In this document: positions 11,408 through 21,557 of the stretch, piece by piece | Numbering within the stretch: the stretch's first letter is position 1 | How the letters are laid out: every line of letters starts with the position of its first letter | Source of the DNA: Paecilomyces variotii | Taxonomy: Eukaryota | Direction: 5' to 3' (one strand) | DNA length: 64,000 nucleotides | Assembly: GCA_004022145.1 (NCBI GenBank) | Contig: RCNU01000006.1 | Made by a program: the position numbers and the translations under genes | Notes under the pieces: model-generated | Databases searched by the model: none | What the model was told of the DNA's origin: nothing | What the model saw: only the letters and a program-made list of their open reading frames with translations

Positions 11408-12974
11408 TCACCTCTTTTTCTCGCCGCGCTCGCCGCGCTCGCCGCGCCCGCCCCGCCCGCGAGATGACTTGCTTTGGTCGCCTCGCGAATCTCCTTGCTG
11501 TGGAGGTTTCCCGCGTGCCTTTTCTAAGCTAGGAATTAGCGATGTAGTATCTCCTGATTCTGACTCTTTCTTTAACTCCTCAACCCAAGCCTCTAGAGGA
11601 CAATTCACGTTGGCTTTCCAGTCGCCCGAGCTGACTTTATGCTGAAGAAAGAGCATGCTTTCACGGACAGAAACTTGCAGATGATTTGGTCGAGCCTTTT
11701 CTTTGATAGAGACGTTATTAAAGTATATAACGTTACTATAGTAGAGAGTTGGCTTTGGTCCTTTCCCTTCCCACTTTAGGAAGATCGTGTCCGTGTAGTT
11801 TGTAACAAAGGCGTATTTGAAACCAAACCCCCACATATAGTTAGCTACCTGGCCTATTCTCTTCAATTAGCACTGCTTCTATAGTCCACTAAATAAGATA
11901 GGAAGACAAACCAAGAAGTTGACGAAGCTTTTCATCATTTCCTGTTCTTGCTGCTGACTCAACCCAATCACTAAAATCATGGACCGTTTTTGACGGCGTC
12001 TTCGCCTCTCCTAGAGCGCGGGCGAATGTCTCTATCGGTTCCTTCTGTGTATGTGATAACCATGCCTTTTCCTTTGCTAGCAATGCATAGTCTGGGATTA
12101 GTCTCTTTTCCTTCACCTTCACCTTCTCTTTCTCGTTGTCATCCTTATTCTGAGTGCGTTCCCTTTCTTTAGCTTTTCCTTTTTCTCGGGCCTTTTCCGT
12201 TCCCTTTCCCGTTCCACCAGCTGTGTTGCTTGGCGTACTGGATTTTCCCTTGTGGTCGAAACTAGAGTACCAGTCGCCAAATTGGAGGTCGAAACCGCTT
12301 TCCTTCCCGACGGCTGTCATAACATGAAGGACATTTTGAACGTAGCGGCCACTGGTAGAGAGCTCTTCACCACATAGATAGTGCTCATTGACAATAGAAT
12401 TTGGAGACTGTTGGTCCATTTCAACTGATAGTATATTGCTTTGATCTTCATCCCAGTTTCTGAACACATCGTTGAAGACCTTGCGTACCTCGTGTTCAAA
12501 GGTCTCCCATAGAACCAGTCTTGCGCAGAATCTGAGATGTGAATGGACTGCAGAACTTTGTGCAGCGCGGTTGTCTATGAAATTGATGTCTGGTAGAGCG
12601 GCCATTGTCAAGTCTTTTGCATCGAGAAAGGTCACGTCCGCAATACTGTGAGGCCTTGTATAGTCCGAGCCTGGAATACGCCTACCGGGATTGCTCCTTT
12701 CGGAACCACTGGACCTCTCAGAAGAAGAGCTATGCGGTGAACCATGGGCAGGACGATAAGGTAGTATGCTCGTATTCGCATGCCCAAGCCGGTCAGTTTC
12801 TGATGACTTGGCGGTCCCTTTCTGTTTCCGATCTTCGGGTCGTTCACGAGGCCGTTCACTAGGTCTTTCGCGAGGGCGTTCGCGAGAACGGGAAGGCCGG
12901 TCAGATCGGGATGACTTAGCCTCTCTTTGATCTCGATCTTTGGGCCGTTCGCGAGGACGGAGCTCTCTATCCAT
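11408..12974 (-). CDS. PD-(D/E)XK restriction-endonuclease-fold protein with charged low-complexity termini, ~502 aa
   Basis: Exons 11912-12974 and 11408-11853 (intron GTTTGT...GCTAAT...TAG) join LRQLLG|QVANYM. Motifs CGEELSTSGRYVQNV, LIPDYALL...ALGEAKTP (PD...EAK), GQVANYM and KYAFVTNYTDTIFLK are typical of fungal REase-like domains. Confidence 0.75.
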
Positions 12975-14103
12975 TTTGGCAGCAGTAGATGCCCGGAAGA
13001 ATCTTATGTCTCTCGGCGTACAGTAAGAAGAAGATAGAATCGGGCTTTGACAAGGAGGGAGTAGACAAGTAATATGGAACCACAGGTTAAAAAAATTGAA
13101 AGAAGAAGGTAAGGTAACAGCAAGAATGTAGGACTGGTGCAGGACAGCTTCTGATTTGGACGACCGGAAGGTGCGAACCTCTCTATATACCATTTCCGCA
13201 GCCTCTATCCGTAGTAATAGATCATGACCTCTCTGCAAGCCATCATGGACCGCGCGGTCTGCGAGCTGCTGATCACTCCATGAATAGTCCAATTACTGGG
13301 AGATGTTCCGGCATGTTCAACGAGGCCCATGGCATCTCGACCCATTCATTGACGCCATCGTAATTAGATTGGGAGTAGGGGCGCCTGTGGATACTCATAT
13401 TCCCTCATTCGTCGTCTGGTAGCCTATAGAAGGACCAACACGAGGTGGAAGCGAAACGTCTAGATGGGAGTATCCGAGCAGGTAACCTTGACGCCCGTGC
13501 CCAAAAAGAGTACGTCCTATTTTGAGCCAACAAATACCATGCTGCGTGTTGTATAGCCTCTTTTCTAGCCGCTGAGGAACCAGGGAGATGTTGATCTTCC
13601 AACAAAAGATGTGTCTCAGCTACTCTCGACGAGGCTTCCTGAAGAACATTATCAAACTTGGTTGGCTGCTTTGCTCCATTTGCCATCGCGGCTCCTTGTT
13701 CTTTACAGCGTCACGCCCGACCAGAGTACTAAATTAGACCCAAGTACACGAGAGACTTGCGACCGAGTCACATCTTGACAGCGTTGTGTCTTATCAGTTG
13801 ACTTCATTTACCTAAGTAGGTAGTAGCTTGGTCGACCGGCATAATATAGCTTGACGGGGCTACTTAGCGCTCAGAGCGGCCAATCAGGTCGAGGGGTTTG
13901 CCGCTGTCGTGTTGCTGCCTGAGAGACCCCTTCAAACATTCCTCCTCGACCTTCGCAGTCGTCCTGCTCCCGTCTTCAAATACAAAAGCCCTTGGTTTTA
14001 TCACCATGCAGTGTGTAATCTTCTGAACTCGTGAAAGCTGTTGTTTCCGACCTTTTTTTACTTTGAATTCCACTTCGCGTCAAGCGACAGGTGACCTAGC
14101 ACT

Positions 14104-15160
14104 ATGTCCACCGACCGTGATGATTGGGAGGATTTCGGTTTTAGAAGGGCTTCTCATTGGATTGAAGACCCTGAAGAGGACTGCATCTTGCAATTTGACG
14201 ACCCTAATGTGTCCTGGAGACTTGGCCCTATCTTAAAGGAGAGAGTCCGCCATGGAGATGAGTACGCGGGGGTCAAGATATCCGAGGCAGCTGGTACATG
14301 CATCGCCACACAGATCGAAGGCCCACAGAAGGGCATGAAGGCGATAGCCAAGATCAGAATGCAGTACGTATGCTTTTAATGTATGCACTGCATCACAGAA
14401 ATAACCTTTTCATTAATCTAGGATCCCCCCAGGAATGGATGATCCCTCCGAATACGACCCGGATATTGACTATTCTATCTATAAATCAGACTATCGTAGC
14501 ATATGGGCTACATGTGAATCCGAGATGCTGAAGTACCTTACAGAAAAAGGCTCTAAATGTACACCACGCTTCATTGGCCTTGAGGTCCGAGATCAAACGG
14601 ATCGCGACTATGTCCCTGGAGGCTACGTTCAATACCTTTTGATGGAAAAGCTGCCTGGGACTAATTTGCTAGATTGGTGTGAATTTGATCTTCAAACGAG
14701 AAACAGAGTCCGGCTTGCATTTGCAAAAGCCATTCGGTATGATATCCGACTCTCAATCTGACACACTTGCTAATATCTACCAGTGAATTCTATTCCTACG
14801 GACTTGTACACAATGACCCTCAGAGGAACAATATAATCTGGGATGAGAACACCGACAGATGGTACGTACTTTTATCACATGTGGATAATATATGTCTAAT
14901 CATTGACATCTTTTAGTTGGATAATTGATATGGAGGACGCGATTTATGCAGACAAACCACGGAAATTCAAACCAAGACTCGACTGGACTGAGTGGGCCAT
15001 AGCCAGGGCAAATGACAGGGAAAGGAACATAGATCCGATGCTTCCGGATGAGTATGACGAGTATTCAGATGATGATGCGATAGCTGCTCTCGCAACTCGA
15101 ACAAAGACAAGACAGATGTGTGAAGGTCTCAGCGACTTTCGCGCCTCTCGCGCCTCATAG
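14104..15160 (+). CDS. Small atypical protein-kinase-like protein, ~298 aa
   Basis: Exons 14104-14363, 14422-14736, 14784-14861 and 14917-15160 splice in frame with canonical sites. AIAKIRMQIP (VAIK Lys), CESEMLKYL (alphaC Glu), VPGGYVQYLLMEKLPG (hinge), LVHNDPQRNNIIW (catalytic loop), WIIDMED (DFG equivalent). Confidence 0.82.
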
Positions 15161-16365
15161 TGTCGTCTTCCTATTTGTTTGTCAATTCAGTCATCTTGCA
15201 TCAGAGCCATGACAATGAACATCTAATAGCGCACCATGCCCCTTAGTAGTATCTATCTGCCGTGAAATAAAAGGGAAATACTGTACTATAAAGGAGACTT
15301 GATATCCAAATAGTTCTGATTCATAGTGTAGCCTCGTACTGCATTCGGCCTTGACAATAATAAGCGAATAGTTATTAATCTCCTGTTAGGTAAATATATC
15401 CTTGTAAGATATCCGACTAAGTACGTTCCCCCATGTACTGTATTCGCAAGCACCTCGAGAGTGCAAGATTGCATCTCGAGTGGCAAAATGTGGCAGAGTA
15501 TTCTTAGAGCTAGAAGTCGATCATATCGCGAGTGCAGGCCCTGATGTTCCGAGTACCCTTGCTCCACACCTGCTGCGCCGCAAGTTATCTAAGTTTCCGC
15601 TAAGTAGAGATGAGCGCGTCGAGGTGTGTTATGCGTAAAGTTGGGGCCAGGTTGAAGACCATGGACATGAATAGTAGCGAGGGCATTCGGGCGAGCCGCC
15701 AAGGCAGGATTATCGTAGATTTCTGATAGCGTCAAGCCTGGAAGTTTCCATAGGAAATGGCCCAACTACTGCTGACTCTCTATCCAGGAGCCTCTCTGCA
15801 CGAGACAACTAAGGGTTCCGCGTGTCACTGAAATCGGTACAGAGCAATGGAATACCAGACGCAGCCGATCCTATATCCACTCAATGATCCTTTCTATTCG
15901 GGTAGAGGCTCAAGTCCCTCCTTCTCTAGGTACTGGCGTTCTATCATAGTCTAATCAGCTGAAGCGCATAACCGCCGCCACGCGAAATGTGCCATATGCA
16001 GCCAATATTCATGACCGACGTTAGCATGCACCGGAAATAGTTCCTAGTGGCAGCTGCCATCTATGGGGCGCTGTCAATGACTGGATAACGGCGTATTTCG
16101 TTCGATAACCATGCAAGAGATGTCGGTTGCAGGGATATACAGATAGCTCGGGCGCCAAGTCACAGCTGAACGACTGGGCTAGACAATTGGGACGAGACGC
16201 TATTCAGTGGACTATAATGTAGGTCTGATTCAATGACCACTAAGAGCCTCAACTCTCCTCCGCATGTTGGAAATTTCCATCGACGGACATGTTCGTGACG
16301 ACGCGCTTGCGGCACGGCCACCAAAACCGAGTGGCAGCCAATGGAGCCTTGGGTTTTAGCGCTTT

Positions 16366-16385
16366 CCCCCCCCCCCCCCCCCCCC
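16366..16385. repeat. Poly-C/poly-G homopolymer (20 nt)
   Basis: Run of 20 C on the + strand. Confidence 0.9.
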
Positions 16386-16881
16386 ACAGGGTTCCTGACT
16401 TCCAGGATGCGACATAACGAAAAGAAAAACCAACGAGTCTCGGTTGCTTTTATTGATCATGACCCCTGGGCTTCTGCAACGACGGACCTCCGACGATCTC
16501 ACAGGGTTCGTAGAGGATAGAATAGGCAGATTGAAGTGTTTAGGTAGTTTCAGTTTACCGCGCGCATCTGGTATTCAGGACTTGGTCAGGTCGATTGGCT
16601 CTCAGGGTCTCCAGGAACGTTGGCGTGTCGAATGCTATTTGTAGCATTGAATCTATATTCGCATCGATTAGGAAACAAGTATCCTATATCGAGTGCTGGT
16701 ATTTCGACTATAAGAGATGCACACTTTCCGCCAGTATGACCCATTGTTTTGTCTATCTTCATCATCAAGAATCATATCACATCTCCCTATACGACGACTT
16801 TTTCTTGTCAAATATAGATTGCGCCTCCCCCATATACATATATCATTGTTTGCAATATAACTCTCCAATCTGTTAGTTACG

Positions 16882-17777
16882 ATGGCTTATGATGAAGAAA
16901 GAAGAAGTATGCCTGAGACACGAAAATCGAACGACTTGGATATGGTATTGACAGAACTCTAGAAAACCCACTTAAAGAATGGATCCCGATATTTCTCATA
17001 GTTCCGATAGTGACATTATATTGTGAGGACTTCACTATCGTCTACTGCCAGATATCCGCTAATAGAAAAACCCCGAAATATAGCTATTATTATAACTGGA
17101 TGTCTATCTGACTCTCCCGGATTGCATAATGTGTATGTTTTGAATCTTGTGGACGTCTCTGGCCTTGAAGTAAGAGTTGGGTATTTCGGTAAGTTCACTT
17201 ATGATATTGAAATTGCAAACTTACTCACAGAAGCTACCTTGTAGGGATTTGTGTCGAATCGTCTACAAAGAGAATTTGCGGTTCAGCATCTAACATCCAG
17301 ACCGACTTTCCGACTCTACAACAGAACGAGGCACTAGACCCCGATAATTCTGGTTTTCCCAAGCCAGCTACGTCAGATATCCTGGACATAGCGACAACCT
17401 TCCAACGACGGATACAATTGCCAATAATAACAGTTGCTGGGGTTATATTCGTCATATCTATTGCCATACAACTTGCCCTGACGTGGCGCGATAAAAGTGA
17501 ATCACCCAACCGCACCCAGCACTTATTCTATCTATACAGAACTTTCATTATCTTAACAGTGTTGTCGATTGTTTTTATCGTTATGGCTTCATTTACTACA
17601 GTGTCCATGGTAAATGCTATTAAGTATTTCCGCGGCATTGATTGTGGACAAGGAACATTCCAAATTGGCGTTGGGAAAATCTTACTCGGATTGCAGCTGG
17701 CTACAATGAGTATCCAGGCGATACACGCTACATTTTTCATTGTGAAGGTTTTGGAAAGTCATGGAAACTGGTACTAG
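16882..17777 (+). CDS. Fig1/SUR7-PalI (claudin-like) tetraspan membrane protein, ~240 aa
   Basis: Exons 16882-16906, 16963-17022, 17084-17188 and 17245-17777 give an intact frame. TM1, then ITGCLSDSPGLHNVYVL...LEVRVGYFG|ICV...C (Fig1-type VRVGYFGxC motif), then three more hydrophobic helices. Confidence 0.72.
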
Positions 17778-18961
17778 GTCTCTCCGAATGACCTACGATT
17801 AAGCCCCTGACTGTGCTTGCATCATAAATCCCTATATGCAGCAACAGCGGATGGAGTTGGAAGGGTGGCACAATTCGTGATGACTTGTTTCTGTTTATTG
17901 TTTTTTTGAGATCTCTCATTTTATTATGCGCCTGACCATTTTCCGCTCGTTTACCTGTTTCTGATTCTGTCGCTTCTTTTTATCTGTTTTTATGTTTCCG
18001 CATATGTCGAATATACAGTGTTCATTGCGAACGTTAGGCTCAAGTCCTGGATCCACGCAGTTTATAAGTAGAAGGATGTCGAATGCTATAGATAAAGCAG
18101 TATTTGACGATGAATGCCCGGTTTTGTCGAATCCTACAGGGCACGGAAGCAACGGTATCATCTTGGACTTCTGGCTGGCACAGCTAGATTGCTTGCTTTG
18201 CTCTAGATCTAGGGAGAGGCTGAACCCGTATTTATCCACTAAATGTAGGAAGTATCTGAATCCTGGTTATTTCTGACTCCCTTTCGTAATCAAGGTAATC
18301 AGGATAGTCAGGGTGGTCAAAGAACCCTGCCGCAAACGGATAATATGACAGATCAACTGCACACGGCCTTTGTTCGACGTGTGGCCATGTATGTCGATGG
18401 CACAGCGACAACAAAGCATTCTAGTGCCTGTTAGACTGATACGCAGTAGCCATTACTTTAGAACTCGGTTATATCGCAGTGAAGTCGAGAATTTTCTGTA
18501 AGGTACCGCCCTCAAAGCCCTCTCCATTCATCCTACTATGAAGGAAGGGGGGGATAAAGAGTTTGAGGGGAAGAGGGCGTAGTATTCCGTACTCAGGGGC
18601 ATTCACTTGAGGAATTACTCGACCCTCGTTTTGAGCGTGGAGCTTTGACGTTCACTTGAGCGATTCCTTTCACAAAATCGTCCGAATATGGTAAACGAAA
18701 GGCGCTTCGGACGGGATAATCCACCAGTCTCGTCACCGCCCACAAACTTCATGTGGCATCATCCAAGCCTAACTCTCTTATAGTCTACCTTGTGGTTCTC
18801 TCTGGTAAACCCCCATGAGATCCAGGGACAAACAGAGCTGACTTTCAAGCATCCGCTCCATACCCATACCTTCCAAATTTCTCTCAAAGGTCTTTCTCGA
18901 AACACACCAGGGAAGCCCTAAGAGACTTACACGAGGGATCTCCCTCTTCATTTGGATCGAG

Positions 18962-20680
18962 ATGTTTGAAAAGGCAGGGATCCCATCCCTTGAGGATGGA
19001 CCGAACGAATTCATAGGATTCGATAAGAAAAACAACGATGTCCACTGGAAGCTCATTGGGAAGTTCCAGCGACTTGCTGAAAGCTACCGCCGCTTGAGAC
19101 TGGAACTAGATGAAGAAAGGGCCACCAATGCAAAGTATGAGCGTCTTGTCAGACCCAAGGTATGTTCGTGTGTATAACTATTTTATCCTCTGACTACAAC
19201 TAGCGTAAAACCTTCGCTAGAAAAAGACAGGAATCTTCTGACGTGGTACTACTAGGACGATGACCCATTTGTTCTCGTTCTCATCGATGGCAATAATCAC
19301 ATTGTGGGATTCCTGGCCGCTATGATAAAATTTAATGGGGCTAACATGTTCATTCTGCGCAGTTCGCGAAGGATCTGATCAAGGCTGGCAAGGAAGGAGG
19401 TGCCACAGCTGCATATCTTTTGCAGGATTCCATCAAGAGACTGCTTTGTTCCAACCTAGACAACGAGGGACCTGGATGCAAAGTGCTAGTACGGGTGTAC
19501 GCGGACATTGCCCGTTTATCCATCGCCCTTCACCGTGCTGGTATTGCTGGTAACGAAAGCCGGTCATTGGCACCATTCGTGGCAAGTTTCAATAGTACAC
19601 AAGGGGCGTTCGACTTTATTGACGTGGGTGATACTGAGAGCATGGAGCCAAAAGTCAAAGGTAGCAATTTGCAGCATTCTATCCCATCCACTAGCGTCCA
19701 AAATAACTCGCTTATTCCTTTACAGCGACTTTCGATGTCTTTATGGCGCATCCTCAGTGCAAGCATATCTTCTTCGGCGCTTGCAATGATACTCGACATC
19801 TCTCCTTGTTGACCCCGTACAGCGGCAAATTGGATTGGATCACCCTCATAAAAGGGAACTCCTTCGAATCTGAATTTGACTCGTTGGAGTTGCCGGTAGT
19901 AGAGATTCCGTCAGTGTTTGAATCCTGTCAACGGGAAGAAGTGGCCACCGTGACATCGCTATTCTCTACGAGAGCTTCTGATCCTCGTCCCAGCGCTAAA
20001 ATCTGCAAATATTTCTCGAAGGTACGTTAGTTGGATTTGCCACAATTGCGTTATGTAGACTAATTCAATCAACATAGGGCATGTGCAGATATGGCAAGAA
20101 ATGCCTCAACGTGCACGAGATTACAGGACGCACAGGATCTACAATGCAGCAGACCAAAGGAACAGAAAACTTGCCTCAAGCGGTCAGAAATGGTTCTGTC
20201 GACAGTTCCCGAGGACTGTCAAATGGCACCGCAGAGAGAGAAGAACTGATCCAACTTAACAAGCGTGGAGAACGCGTCGACGAATTGATACCCCGACCAC
20301 CGCTGGAAGCATGGAGGTTGTACAATATGCGCATTGGAGTCCGCAAACTCTGCGCTGCGTATCACCTTGGTGGAAAGTGCTCAACACCGAACTGTGGATA
20401 TGACCATAGCCATGTCGACCCACCTGTCCTGGATGTGCTAAGATACCTCGTGAGAATGGCGCCATGTCACAAAGGGCCAGCTTGCCGCCGGGCTGGATGC
20501 TACCTCGGCCATATGTGTCAACGTCATAACTGTAAGGGATACAAACCCTGCAAATTTCGACACTATGGGCACTATATAGATAGGGAGATCGTGAAGGAGA
20601 TACCACCGGCTAAGCGGGAACATGAAAAGGAATCTATAGGGAGCGACGAGGATCTCGTGGAGCCGCTCATTATTCTTTAA
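18962..20680 (+). CDS. CCCH zinc-finger protein with N-terminal coiled coil and central PFVLVLIDG domain
   Basis: Predicted exons 18962-19159, 19256-19303, 19363-19660, 19726-20021 and 20078-20680. Motifs DDDPFVLVLIDGN, CKHIFFGACND, CKYFSK|GMCRYGKKCLNVH, LCAAYHLGGKCSTPNCGYDH, PCHKGPACRRAGCYLGH. Confidence 0.82.
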
Positions 20681-21557
20681 GATAGGCACAGGCTTCTGTC
20701 ATGACTATTGGTCCAATCTACTTCGAATCGTGTTGATAGAAGCAAAAAGCTCAATTGAGATTCGGAAAGCAAACGATCTAAAATGGACAATACAATAACC
20801 AAATCCTAAGATAAGTCCGACATAAAGGCTTAGTGCTTTCATAGAGAGACATACGCGATTACTTGTAGCAAGTTAGGAATGCCCTTTCACTGTCCTAGTA
20901 TCCCACCTAGCCTTCTTCACCTCGTATTGGCCATGATCCGATGTTCTTTCGGCCTTGTCTAGAATTTGGATGAGATTTCAATAGTTTCATCTGTTTACGA
21001 ACCAGTGAACTTTTAATTTTCGTGAGCATACTCCAGTTTGAGCATTGCAAGAAGCTTATAATGAGACAGCTAGACAAGAAATCATAGGTCTGCAGTTTGG
21101 AACTCTATAAGACGTGGTTCTTACAGCGTCGTGACAGTGATGGGCCAGAAGACTTAGTAGAGCCAAGGAATGGATTTGATATCAACTCGATTGATCCTTT
21201 ACTATAATATCCGGAGACCGATCAAGTGACGTGCAGTATCATTAGGTACCCTACCGCGGCGGGGGATGTGATCTTTCTTGCATCTCTCTGAAACATACCC
21301 CTTGACTGTGTATGGGAGGGATCGAAATGAGTCTTGTTTCTTGTTTCTTGTTTTGGTAATATGAGGTTATACACGTCATGTGATGGTATACCATAGAAGA
21401 TTGGCAAGGAAAGAGCACCGGCCATTCTTTCCTCCAGCACGAAAGCCCTACATGCGAGTCGCCCGTGTCTTCAAGCAGAAGCAAAGATGATGGCCTCCAA
21501 CTTCTCAGCCTACCGGGAAACTATCACTATTTCGCGGAATATGCGAATCCCCAGCCG

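Noticed and set aside
12975..13292. 106-codon upstream extension of the nuclease ORF
   Set aside because: Begins at a non-ATG codon and includes a pyrimidine-rich, UTR-like stretch; ATG 12974 (GCCAAAATGG) has strong context.
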